Source of the DNA: Candidatus Omnitrophota bacterium
GTDB taxonomy: Bacteria; Omnitrophota; Omnitrophia; Omnitrophales; Aquincolibacteriaceae
NCBI GenBank assembly: GCA_903820505.1
Contig: CAIJHQ010000045.1
Span: forward strand, 79,625-143,624
Direction: 5' to 3'
Length of the DNA stretch: 64,000 bases
Of this stretch, positions 1 through 9,315 are shown in pieces. The stretch's first letter is position 1, and every line of letters starts with the position of its first letter. The position numbers and the translations under genes are program-made. The notes below the pieces were generated by a model. The model was not told where the DNA came from, searched no databases, and was given only the letters and a program-made list of their open reading frames with translations.

Positions 1-1787
1 CTGACACTTTTCGTAAAAATAAATTTGGAATATTCACGGCCTTCGATCGCCTGCCGCAAAAACACGATCAACTCTTCGGCCGTCACCTTGATCCCCTGCT
101 CCCGCAACAAGGCCCCCAGGACTTTCATCTGACCGGAGCTGAATGAAAATCCCTTACCCTTCTTCGGTGCATCCTGCGGCGGGACATCGGAAAAATAAAG
201 CTCATACCCCTCGCGGTAGCTCGGTGAAAGGATGTCGTAGGTCCCCGGCCGGAGATGACCGTATCGCTCGAGAAATGCCTCTTTGGAAAGCTCCCGGCGG
301 TCACTGGCCATCCGCTTGGTCACGGTGTCCAGAGATGCCATAAAATCGTCAAATTCGCCCGAACTGATCAATCCGGTCTTGACCATCGAACGCAGGAACT
401 GAACGGCAATAAAGCCCGCGCGCGCCAAACCGGCGAACGGCAGCGTCCCGTAACGGCAGCAATCCTCGACCAGCCAATAGATCTTCTCGATCGGGTTGAG
501 TCCCGAGCCCAAAACTTTCCGCTGCCGCTCCTTGAGCTCCTCGATCCTGCGCAGATCGTTCGTCATGATCCCGTTGTGCCGGGTCAAAATATTATTGGTC
601 AATTGGACCAACGCATCCTTGATCTTTTGGAGGTCCCGGTCCGAAAAACCATACCCTTTAAGCTTTTTCAGGTCCTCATCAAGCCCCAGGAAAAAACACG
701 AGAAAATAATGTCAAATTCGACCTTATCATGACTGCTGGGAGACGCATGGAGGCGCCCCAGGTAATAATCCGCTAAACGTGCCGCCAGATCTTCGTCGAT
801 ACCCTTCGGAATGAATGAATTAAAACTCACTCGGACATCGATATACGGGTGGCCGATCAAGGTGAGCAGCAGCGGGTAGGATCGCACATTGCGGTAACCA
901 TAGTCATCGCGCTGATAAGACCAGGTTTTATCCGTGATGAGCTCTTTATAGAGCGACAAGGCAAGCGGTCGCGGCTTAACGCCGATCATCTCGGCCGGGT
1001 TCCAATCCGGCATCACCCCCAGATACGTCCTGCTCCCGTGCAGATACGGGTGCGGCGCATTGATGTGATCGACCTTCATGTGGATCTTGTGCAGATAATG
1101 CCCCACCATGAAAGTCTTCGGGAGTTCCCGTCCCCCGCGAACGATGGCCCTGACCTGGAGAATATGGACCTGGCCGGACCCGTCGATCGCAAACTCGATA
1201 TCCAGGCAGTCGTTCTTGCAGACTTCCTCGACCTCCCGGATGGCCTCCATAAGTTTTTCGAATTTCCCGAATTTCGTTTTAAAATTGCGGAACTTGATGA
1301 AGGTCTTAAGTTTATTGGACCTTCCCGAAGTGACACTGTCGGTCCGGGCGGATTCCTCATCGTAATTGATGATGTAGTAAGGCGCCAGAGTATCCAGATC
1401 ACGGGTGAACACCACGCCGCTCATCCGGACATCCCGGACCATGGGCTGAAGGAAAACCTGGTTCCCCCCCGCCGCTTTCACACCGTAGGAACACACCACG
1501 GCATCGATCGAACGCCGCAGGGCGTCCCGGTCCGAGATCAAGACCCCGGCCACCGACATGAACTTGCCGGCATTCGAGCCCGTCAAAAGATCTTCGTCCA
1601 GCGAGGAAGATCGGACAATGAACGCCCCGTTGCTCCCCTTGAAAGAATCCTCAATGCAGCGAAGGCAGGCGTCTTCGCCGGCCGACCATTCGGCGACCGT
1701 AAATCTGCAAATAGGCAGCACGCGCGATTTCTTGAGCAGCGGCCGGATCTGTTCCAGCGTCTCCGCTTTGGTCCCTAATTCAATCAT
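1..1787 (-). CDS. PEP-utilising/PPDK-like enzyme, Cj1418-type L-glutamine kinase (phosphoramidate biosynthesis); 3' end runs off the window
   Basis: Not in the ORF track because it has no stop inside the window. Hand translation from ATG 1787 stays open to base 1: MIELGTKAETLEQIRPLLKKSRVLP...IVRSSSLDEDLLTGSNAGKFMS...LQPMV...SGVVFTRD...DIEFAID...LQVRAI...GVMPDWNPAEMIG...WSYQRDDYGYR...YGTLPFAGLARAGF...YGHLRPGTYDILSP...AIEGREYSKFIFTKSV. It has ATP-grasp PPDK N-terminal motifs plus central blocks that I recall from Campylobacter Cj1418. Confidence 0.85.
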   Translation of the reverse strand, partial: MIELGTKAETLEQIRPLLKKSRVLPICRFTVAEWSAGEDACLRCIEDSFKGSNGAFIVRSSSLDEDLLTGSNAGKFMSVAGVLISDRDALRRSIDAVVCSYGVKAAGGNQVFLQPMVRDVRMSGVVFTRDLDTLAPYYIINYDEESARTDSVTSGRSNKLKTFIKFRNFKTKFGKFEKLMEAIREVEEVCKNDCLDIEFAIDGSGQVHILQVRAIVRGGRELPKTFMVGHYLHKIHMKVDHINAPHPYLHGSRTYLGVMPDWNPAEMIGVKPRPLALSLYKELITDKTWSYQRDDYGYRNVRSYPLLLTLIGHPYIDVRVSFNSFIPKGIDEDLAARLADYYLGRLHASPSSHDKVEFDIIFSCFFLGLDEDLKKLKGYGFSDRDLQKIKDALVQLTNNILTRHNGIMTNDLRRIEELKERQRKVLGSGLNPIEKIYWLVEDCCRYGTLPFAGLARAGFIAVQFLRSMVKTGLISSGEFDDFMASLDTVTKRMASDRRELSKEAFLERYGHLRPGTYDILSPSYREGYELYFSDVPPQDAPKKGKGFSFSSGQMKVLGALLREQGIKVTAEELIVFLRQAIEGREYSKFIFTKSV

Positions 1788-1877
1788 GTTTCATAGCCTT
1801 TGCCATAAAAAAGTATCATCAGGCGATTAGGTTAATCCCGACCGTCAGCAAAATCAAACAAAAACCCGCCTGTCAGA

Positions 1878-3659
1878 TCAAAGGATCGCGTAGATCGCGT
1901 ACTCGTATCGCGGATCCGCCGGGGCAACACCGCGATAGATCGCCTTGAAATATTTGGTATCGCGGACAAGATTGCGGATGTTACGGTCCGAAAGGGCGCC
2001 CTTTGGGTCCACGGGACCGGCAATCAGTACGTGCGTGACTCCCTGCAGTTTTATAAAGGCGATCGCGTCCGCCGCGGTCGTAAAACGCGTATCGTAACGG
2101 GTCTTCGCGCGAAACTCCGGCTCACGGATCAGGACACGATCAAAATAAAACCCTCGGACCTCATAGGCGTTCAGGATTATCGCTTTCCGCGGCAGGTTCG
2201 CGTTCACGAACCGGGACGCCGGATAAGACCTCTCCACGCGGGACAAATAGTCCGCCTCCGACTCAAGTCCCAACGCCGCTCCATACCCGTCCCTTCCATG
2301 ATAAAAGGCCGCTCCCAGATCAAGAAAAAGTGCCAAAAAGAACAGCCCTCTTACGAACCGGGACGCCCATTTCCCCAGCTCTGGCCGGGATATACAAAAA
2401 CCGATCGGCACCACCCAAAGAGCACACGCCGGAAAAAGAAACCGGAGGTTCTGCCGCGGTAGAAAAAGCCAGAGGACCAGGTAGATCGCAGAAAAAAAGA
2501 GCAGATTGTTAACAGTCTTCGGACGGTTCCGGATCAAAAAGACGCCCGGCAGGAACGCGAGATAAAGAACGCCGACCCGCGCCCACATACCCCCAAAATG
2601 CGCCGGATCCATGGTCATGAACCACGGAGTCAACCAAGGAACCATCCCCTGGATCTTCTTGGCCTGATAACCTTTTTCCCCGAAATAAAGAAAACTCCCC
2701 TCATACGCGTAGGACCGGAAATACCAGACACAGCCGATGAGGAACGCGACCAACGCAAAAACTGCCAAAGCCGAAACCGAACTTTTCAGTGAAATGCGCC
2801 TGCTGACCCATTCGAGGAATAAACCAAGTGATATTGCGATCGCCGCAAACGCGGCAAGATACTTGACCCCGAGAGCAAAACCCAGAAATGCGCCGGACAG
2901 CACGGCCCAACGGATCTCGTGATGTTCACTCCACCGGATCGCGGCAAAAAAACTGAAAAAGAGAAAAAAGGTAAGGGCAATATCGTTGTAGGCGATGGTC
3001 ATCTGATTGAAAACGCCGGGAGTCAGCCAAAAAACCAGCGAAGCGATCCCGACCCAGGACCTGGGCAAACACCTTTTCTCGATCGCCAGAATACCAAGGA
3101 CCGTCCCCAAGGCGGTCATGAGATGAAAAAGGTTCGCCATCCGGGTACCGTCCCACATGACCGAAAGGACATAGAACTGATTCAGCAATAAGGGAAAAAC
3201 CGAATTGACCCCGTACGGTACGTAATAGATGCAACCCGCCAGCGCGAACCGTTTGGGGATATCCAAGTGATACGCCAACGCATCATGGGCGGTAGAAGGG
3301 ATCAGGGCCTGGACCACGGCTAAAAGGAACAAGATCACCAGCGCCGTCGCATAAGGCGTAAACCAGGTGGCGCGGGCGATAACCCTCCTCACCAGGGAAA
3401 GCATCCTCGGAGAATAGAAAAAAACCGGCAGTGATAAGACGAGGAACGATCCGTAGAGAGCAAGGGTATGAAATCCGCCGCAATAGCCGACGGCAAAAAT
3501 GATCAGCCCGATCGTTCCGAAACCAAGACAGAACGCGAAGGCGAACCGTTCGGTCAAAGAATCAAAAAAGAATTCCGCGCGCGTAAGGATCCGGTCTCCC
3601 CAAAAAGCGGACACCAGCGAGACCCAGGCCACAAGCAGGAGAGAAACGATCTGCGCCAT
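1878..3659 (-). CDS. GT-C fold polytopic membrane glycosyltransferase (ArnT/PMT-like)
   Basis: 593 aa, about 13 hydrophobic segments, first-loop DALAYHL motif, GVKY motif, RFLFP, soluble C-terminal domain. Confidence 0.75.
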   Translation of the reverse strand: MAQIVSLLLVAWVSLVSAFWGDRILTRAEFFFDSLTERFAFAFCLGFGTIGLIIFAVGYCGGFHTLALYGSFLVLSLPVFFYSPRMLSLVRRVIARATWFTPYATALVILFLLAVVQALIPSTAHDALAYHLDIPKRFALAGCIYYVPYGVNSVFPLLLNQFYVLSVMWDGTRMANLFHLMTALGTVLGILAIEKRCLPRSWVGIASLVFWLTPGVFNQMTIAYNDIALTFFLFFSFFAAIRWSEHHEIRWAVLSGAFLGFALGVKYLAAFAAIAISLGLFLEWVSRRISLKSSVSALAVFALVAFLIGCVWYFRSYAYEGSFLYFGEKGYQAKKIQGMVPWLTPWFMTMDPAHFGGMWARVGVLYLAFLPGVFLIRNRPKTVNNLLFFSAIYLVLWLFLPRQNLRFLFPACALWVVPIGFCISRPELGKWASRFVRGLFFLALFLDLGAAFYHGRDGYGAALGLESEADYLSRVERSYPASRFVNANLPRKAIILNAYEVRGFYFDRVLIREPEFRAKTRYDTRFTTAADAIAFIKLQGVTHVLIAGPVDPKGALSDRNIRNLVRDTKYFKAIYRGVAPADPRYEYAIYAIL

Positions 3660-3663
3660 GATG

Positions 3664-3783
3664 TCAACCCGCCCTATGCATTACGAGAGAAACAAAATAA
3701 GCTCCGAACACCGCCAAAACCCACAGAAACCAGAGCCCTTTGAGAACGGTTGCGATCAGCGAGGAGCGGTCAGGACTGGCCAC
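3664..3783 (-). CDS. Small single-pass membrane protein, 39 aa (below the ORF-track cut-off)
   Basis: GTG 3783 to TGA 3664 gives MASPDRSSLIATVLKGLWFLWVLAVFGAYFVSLVMHRAG. It fills the gap almost exactly: 6 nt after the upstream stop and 4 nt before the downstream ATG. Confidence 0.55.
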   Translation of the reverse strand: MASPDRSSLIATVLKGLWFLWVLAVFGAYFVSLVMHRAG

Positions 3784-3789
3784 GGTCCG

Positions 3790-4515
3790 TTATCCGGTCA
3801 TTCTGAAACGGTTTTTCTGAAAACGAAACCACCAAACCTTCAGGAGGGCCTCGAATACAATGTGGCGTGAGATCTTCGAGTCGCCGGCTTTGCGGTCCGT
3901 GAACAGGATGGGAGTTTCGATGATCTTGAAACCTTTTTGGAGAGCGCGGTATTTCATTTCGATCTGGAAGCAGTATCCGTCCGAATGAATGTTGTCCAGG
4001 TCGATCGTCTCCAGCACCTTGCGACGGTAGCAGATATACCCCGCGGTCATATCATTCACCGATACGCCGAGGATGATCTTGCTGTAAAGGCTCGCCATCT
4101 GGCTTAAGAGGACCCGGTAAACCGGCCAATTGACGATCTTCCCTCCCCGCATCCAACGGGAACCCACAACGATATCGCAATTTTTGATCTTTTCGAAAAA
4201 AACCGGCAAATAACGCGGACGATGCGATAGGTCGGCGTCCATTTCCATGAACAGATCGTAATCACGCGCAAGTCCCCATTGGAACCCTGCCAGATAGGCC
4301 GGCCCAAGCCCCTGCTTTCCAGGACGCCGGAGCAGGTGAATACGCGGATTCTTCCGTGCGAACGACCCAACAAGGTCCCCCGTGCCGTCAGGAGAATTAT
4401 CATCGACGACAAGCACCTCGATGCCCGGATCCACGTTCATCAGGCGCCCAAGCAGCCGTTCGACGTTATCTGCTTCATTGTAAGTCGGTATAACGATCAG
4501 CGTTTTCATGGTCAT
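3790..4515 (-). CDS. Polyprenol monophosphomannose synthase (Ppm1/DPM1-like GT2)
   Basis: IVIPTYNEADN, VVDDNSPDGTG, GLGPAY, EMDADLSH, GYCFQIEMKY, DRKAGDSK; no TM domain. Confidence 0.88.
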   Translation of the reverse strand: MTMKTLIVIPTYNEADNVERLLGRLMNVDPGIEVLVVDDNSPDGTGDLVGSFARKNPRIHLLRRPGKQGLGPAYLAGFQWGLARDYDLFMEMDADLSHRPRYLPVFFEKIKNCDIVVGSRWMRGGKIVNWPVYRVLLSQMASLYSKIILGVSVNDMTAGYICYRRKVLETIDLDNIHSDGYCFQIEMKYRALQKGFKIIETPILFTDRKAGDSKISRHIVFEALLKVWWFRFQKNRFRMTG

Positions 4516-5993
4516 TTCTCTTCAAGGCGGAAGATCAGAAATGATCTGTCCGGGATCGCGACGGGTTTAAAATGCGAACGGACATAGTCCGAAAATTTTG
4601 TGGAGGCATAATACTCGGAGGGTCCGGAAATAACAAGAAATTTAGCCCCGTCCCTCCTTAACTTCTCAAGCCAGAAAATGGGATCGCCATAACCTTCCTG
4701 GAACAGCTGTTGGTGCCGCGCCTGCTTGATAAGATGCCGCCCCCCGGCTTTGGACATTCCAAGATCAAACGACCAGCCTTTCCTGTGACAATAATAAAGG
4801 AGCCCGGCACTGGGCCCGTATTGAACGATCACCACATCCTCCGGCCGTGATATCTGCTGGACAACGGAGCCGATGCGCGGCATATTGCGCTCCACCTCTG
4901 AAAACCGCGATGCCGGCGGAAGGTAATAACGCATCGCAAGCAAAATAAAGGCCCCGCAAAACAATAGTTTCACGGTGAGTCCCCAACGATCCCACAAAAG
5001 TCCCAGGAGTGACGTGATCAGGATGGCCACGGCCGGCGCCCCACAGAGTAGATAAAAAGGATGGTCCATGACCTTCTGAGGCAGAATAAGGATCAGGCTG
5101 AGGCTCCCCCACGCCCAGACCAGCAAAGCGACAGGTTCTTTCTTCAAACGGAACAAGCTGATCAACGCGAATGGAAAAAGAATCGGTGTGCACCAGTAAG
5201 TCCCGAGGATGCTTAAGATCCTCTTATAGAAATCAAAGGACTTGAACAGGGACGTGATCAAAAAGCGGCCCTCTCCGGACTGCGTAAAGAGACTTGTCTG
5301 GACATGCGCAGCGTCGTGAAATTGCAGCACATGCATCCAAAAAACCCACGCGGCGACAGGGATGGCAGCGCCGATCAAAAAAACAAACGTCGTACGAAAT
5401 GAAAATTTTTCACGGTTGATCCAGATCAAAAAAGCCGGCAGCGCGATCCCAAAATGGATGCGTGCCGTCAAGGCGAGCGAGAACACTAAGCCGCTCAGGA
5501 GGATCTTCGCCAACACGGCGGAATCCAGCAGCCAAAAGGAGAGCATTAAGAAAAAAAGAGCGGCCGCTTCATTCTGGAACGTGATCCCCGACAAAAGCAC
5601 CATCGGGAAAAAGGAAAAAAAGAATACGGTGAGGAGCGCTTTTTTTTCTGTCAAAAAACGCCGGGCGATCGGAAAGAGTAAGATCGTCGCCCCAAAGACA
5701 AAGATCCCGGCCTGGAACCTCCCCCACCACGGGATGCCGCCGCCCAGCAGGGTATTCGAAAGAAACGCGACCAGAGAACCGAACGGATAATACAGCAGGT
5801 GAAGCCCGGGAGCTCCATTGACCAGGATAAAGGTCCGCGGAATAAAAAGATCCGCGACAGAACCTCCGCCCATCATTTCCGCCATCATGGCATTAACGGC
5901 CTGATAACTCCCGAAATAACCTCCGAGCGGATTGGAAAAGGCCGGACACTTCATCATCAATGTAACGAGCGCGATTCCTAAGGAAATAAGCAT
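4512..5993 (-). CDS. GT-C fold membrane glycosyltransferase (ArnT/PMT_2-like)
   Basis: 493 aa, multi-TM, LLYYP, FFP, HPFY motifs; periplasmic C-terminal domain with LLYYCHRKGW. Confidence 0.72.
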   Translation of the reverse strand: MLISLGIALVTLMMKCPAFSNPLGGYFGSYQAVNAMMAEMMGGGSVADLFIPRTFILVNGAPGLHLLYYPFGSLVAFLSNTLLGGGIPWWGRFQAGIFVFGATILLFPIARRFLTEKKALLTVFFFSFFPMVLLSGITFQNEAAALFFLMLSFWLLDSAVLAKILLSGLVFSLALTARIHFGIALPAFLIWINREKFSFRTTFVFLIGAAIPVAAWVFWMHVLQFHDAAHVQTSLFTQSGEGRFLITSLFKSFDFYKRILSILGTYWCTPILFPFALISLFRLKKEPVALLVWAWGSLSLILILPQKVMDHPFYLLCGAPAVAILITSLLGLLWDRWGLTVKLLFCGAFILLAMRYYLPPASRFSEVERNMPRIGSVVQQISRPEDVVIVQYGPSAGLLYYCHRKGWSFDLGMSKAGGRHLIKQARHQQLFQEGYGDPIFWLEKLRRDGAKFLVISGPSEYYASTKFSDYVRSHFKPVAIPDRSFLIFRLEEK

Positions 5994-5994
5994 C

Positions 5995-6876
5995 TTATAC
6001 TTTCTTGGCGACCATGATCGAACGGTTCTGAAGTCCCAATATCCGCGCGATCCCGAACAAAACCCGCAGGGCCAGGCGTGTCAGGAACGCGAATTTATAC
6101 CGCGCAAGATCGGTTTCTGTCTTCCAGTATTTAACGGCCGCAAAGCTGTTCCGCTCCAGAAGGCCTTTCAAGCCTCTTCCTGAAAAATAGCTCGTATGCT
6201 CAAGAACATACCACTGGGCTGCGGGTCCCCGAACTTTTCCGAAACTCAGCTTATAAAAAAGTGTCGCGAGGATCGATATCAGATTGGGATCGTACGGGAT
6301 GGCGACCAGAAGGCAGCCTCCCGGTTTTAGAAGCTCATGACATTTTGCGAGCAATTTCCCGGGGTCCTGAGGATGCTCGATCACGTCCCACAGCACAACA
6401 ACGTCAAAGCGACGCTGACTCGAATAGCGGAATACATTTTCCGCGATCCCCTCGATACCCCTTGACCGGGTTTTCTCGATGTTTTCCGTGCTGGAATCAA
6501 TACCAAAAACATTCCATCCTCGCGACTTTGCAAAAAATAAAAAATCCCCGGTACCACAGCCGATCTCGCATAAGTCACGCCCCGCGACACTTTTTCCCGC
6601 CTCGGTCAGAGCCCTGTCGTAATCCCGGGCCGTTTGGCTCGTGGATCTCAGCGGCTCATATTCATAGTATTGCTCGAGAGCCTTATTGATCTCACTGATC
6701 GAATCCGAGTTCTGATAGATCTCGATCTGAGATTTTTCATCCAGAGAAGGATCAAGATATTTGACCCCGCAGTCGCAAACGTAAACGGAAAAGCGCTCCA
6801 GTTTGATAAGCGGCTTCCCCATACGGCGCGTTTTGCATGCGGGACACTGGTTTTTCTCGGCAAACATTATGGCCAT
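5995..6876 (-). CDS. Class I SAM-dependent methyltransferase with N-terminal Cys cluster
   Basis: CPAC...CDCG; motif I EIGCGTG; FDVVVLWDVIEHPQDP; LKPGG. Confidence 0.85.
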   Translation of the reverse strand: MAIMFAEKNQCPACKTRRMGKPLIKLERFSVYVCDCGVKYLDPSLDEKSQIEIYQNSDSISEINKALEQYYEYEPLRSTSQTARDYDRALTEAGKSVAGRDLCEIGCGTGDFLFFAKSRGWNVFGIDSSTENIEKTRSRGIEGIAENVFRYSSQRRFDVVVLWDVIEHPQDPGKLLAKCHELLKPGGCLLVAIPYDPNLISILATLFYKLSFGKVRGPAAQWYVLEHTSYFSGRGLKGLLERNSFAAVKYWKTETDLARYKFAFLTRLALRVLFGIARILGLQNRSIMVAKKV

Positions 6877-6936
6877 GACAGAACCCCACGAAGACGAGCA
6901 TGGAACCTAGCTGCCCGGCAAAATGAAGACCCTGAT

Positions 6937-9315
6937 CTAGCTGTGTTCATTTGATCTTCCTCTTTTGATATCGTAAATGCTAAGCAAAAAAATCCCCGCA
7001 AAAAAGACAAGAGAGTAAGGGAGGACCGTCCGCCATAGCGGTTGAAAGCTAAAATCGACCCGGTAACTCCCCGCCCGGGGTATCAAGATCGCCCGAAAAC
7101 ACCCGTTCGCCCGGTAGATCGGGGTTGAGATCCCGTTGATCACAGCCTTCCAGCCCGGATAAAAAAGATCGCTCATCACAAGAAAGCCGGCCGCCGGCGC
7201 AGAAAGCGACAGCGCGACCCGGTCACCCGAATCTTCCGTGACTACGGCTTCCTTGAACAACGCGTGATTCCGCAGGTTCTGGAGCGTGGGATCTTCAAGA
7301 TAAACTTCCCTGCCAAGATCCGGCTCTCCGCGTTTCAAAGCCGAATTAAATTCGGCCCGGGATCTCGAGACGGCCCGGGAGACATAAAATGCCCGCGGAA
7401 GGGCTCGCGAATTCAATAAAAGCACGTGATCCGGAGCTTCTTCGAAGGTAGTCCACGCCGGCAAATCCAGTTTCCGGCTCGACAAAAGCCAACGTACCGA
7501 TAAAAAATCCAGGAGCGGTTTTTGCGCCCGCAAGGCCTGAAGGTCAGGAAGCACGGCTCGCTGGGAATCGTTGACATCGCCAAGACCCGCCATCAGATCG
7601 AAATAATCTTTCGGAAGAAGCGGCGAATATCCGCCCAGGACCGGCATGCCGTAGAGCATGTTATTGTGCGGCATAATAGGCAGCGCATCCGCGGAAGGCA
7701 GGTCAGAATAAAAACGGTGCAGACGTCCCTGGACGGGATCGTTCTTGATCGCGGCAATAATCGGAGAACCGGGCCGCAGGAACGATCTGGGTTCTAAATT
7801 ACCTTTGACCGTTGTAAAACCATAGGCATAAAGATTCGCAAAGATCAGGATACCGGCTGCCCAATAATAGCGTTGTTTCCAATTCCTCTCACCAAGGAAC
7901 AACCGTCGTACGACAAGGAGCGTGACCAGCATGAAAAGAATGAAGATCAGGTTGAACGGCTCACAGGGCTCGCTGATCCTCAGAGCCGCCGTAAAAAAAC
8001 CATGCACTTTCCCGGTGTAGACTTCGAACGAATGGGGGTGTATCGCGGAACCAATATAATGGCTCCGGACATATTCCAGCGCGATCCCCTTGATCGGCTT
8101 CTCGAACCAGAGCAGGCAGTGGCGAATCAGCGGCAATAAAAGAATGGCCAATGCGGTCAGAACACCCCATAGAGTCCAGGAACGGCGCGCTTCCGGTGAC
8201 GGTAATTTCCCGATCCCGAACGAGCACAGCACCGCGCCAAAACATCCGGCAAAGTACAGGAACTTCGACGGCGTCCGGAAACTGCCGAATCCGGTCCATT
8301 TGATCAGGTAATAATAGAGCGGATTGTACTTCCCAAGAGCGAGCAGCAAGCTGAGCACAAGAAGCGCCAGGATCACTTTTTCATGCCAGGATTTTTTTGT
8401 CAGAATGGCGTGGATCAAGAAGAAGAGCCCCAGGGCCGAGAAATACAGCTCCGCCTTGAGGACCCCGTCCCAATGCGGGAAAAAAAGGGTCCAAAGCGCA
8501 AGCGGATTGACCGAGCCCAAAAAAGCGAAGTCAACCGGGTAATAATAGCGGTTGGAAAGTTTTGCGAGTTCCCAGGTGGAACCCAGTTGCGGTAGCGCCA
8601 TCAGACCCGAAGCCAGCAGCACAAGACCGTAAGAAAATAAATTCTTCAAAACGAATGGGGCCCGCCTTGGCCCCTGGCCGTCCTTGAAAAGGCGAATCAA
8701 AAAATATACGGAAGAGAAAAGCACAGAATAAACTGCATACTGCAGGTATCCGGCCGTAAACTGAAAAGCATAAATGACCGCCAAAAATCCAAGGTAGCCC
8801 GGCCTGTTTTTTTTAAAGAACTTCTCGATCAGGAAAAGCGCCAGCGGGAACCAGACGAGAGTTTTCAGCGAAATGATATTGTAATAGTAGCCGCCTTCCG
8901 CCGTACCGAAAAGGTAGATGAGCGTACCAAGAATGGCCGCTTCCGTTTTTACACCGATCTCACGGACGAACAGATAAAAGAAACAGGCCGCGATGAAGAA
9001 ATGGAACAGAATGCCATAGGAATAGGCCACATCGAACGGCAGGAACTTATAAAAGACCCAGTTAACGATATAAAGGGCCCCCACCTGCCCTTCCGCCAGC
9101 AAAGGGAATCCTGTCGCAAAAAGGCTCGTCCACCATGGCAGCTGCCCGTGAGCGAGGGCCGCGCTGTAAAAAAAAGCCCATGGGTAATGCTGCTGCCGGT
9201 GGTCCCCGCTGTAAAAGCCGGTACTCAACGTCAGCGTCTCCGCGAAGAACAGCATAACCGCGGCGGCAAAGATCAGGAATGGCGCGTATTTTTTAAGCGC
9301 GTTCGACACCGGCAC
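6937..9315 (-). CDS. YfhO-family GT-C membrane protein
   Basis: GDHRQQHYP, LPWW...GFPLLAEGQ, FRTPSKF, C-terminal ALPRAF...LFYPGWKAVING...RANGCFRAI. Confidence 0.85.
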   Translation of the reverse strand: MPVSNALKKYAPFLIFAAAVMLFFAETLTLSTGFYSGDHRQQHYPWAFFYSAALAHGQLPWWTSLFATGFPLLAEGQVGALYIVNWVFYKFLPFDVAYSYGILFHFFIAACFFYLFVREIGVKTEAAILGTLIYLFGTAEGGYYYNIISLKTLVWFPLALFLIEKFFKKNRPGYLGFLAVIYAFQFTAGYLQYAVYSVLFSSVYFLIRLFKDGQGPRRAPFVLKNLFSYGLVLLASGLMALPQLGSTWELAKLSNRYYYPVDFAFLGSVNPLALWTLFFPHWDGVLKAELYFSALGLFFLIHAILTKKSWHEKVILALLVLSLLLALGKYNPLYYYLIKWTGFGSFRTPSKFLYFAGCFGAVLCSFGIGKLPSPEARRSWTLWGVLTALAILLLPLIRHCLLWFEKPIKGIALEYVRSHYIGSAIHPHSFEVYTGKVHGFFTAALRISEPCEPFNLIFILFMLVTLLVVRRLFLGERNWKQRYYWAAGILIFANLYAYGFTTVKGNLEPRSFLRPGSPIIAAIKNDPVQGRLHRFYSDLPSADALPIMPHNNMLYGMPVLGGYSPLLPKDYFDLMAGLGDVNDSQRAVLPDLQALRAQKPLLDFLSVRWLLSSRKLDLPAWTTFEEAPDHVLLLNSRALPRAFYVSRAVSRSRAEFNSALKRGEPDLGREVYLEDPTLQNLRNHALFKEAVVTEDSGDRVALSLSAPAAGFLVMSDLFYPGWKAVINGISTPIYRANGCFRAILIPRAGSYRVDFSFQPLWRTVLPYSLVFFAGIFLLSIYDIKRGRSNEHS

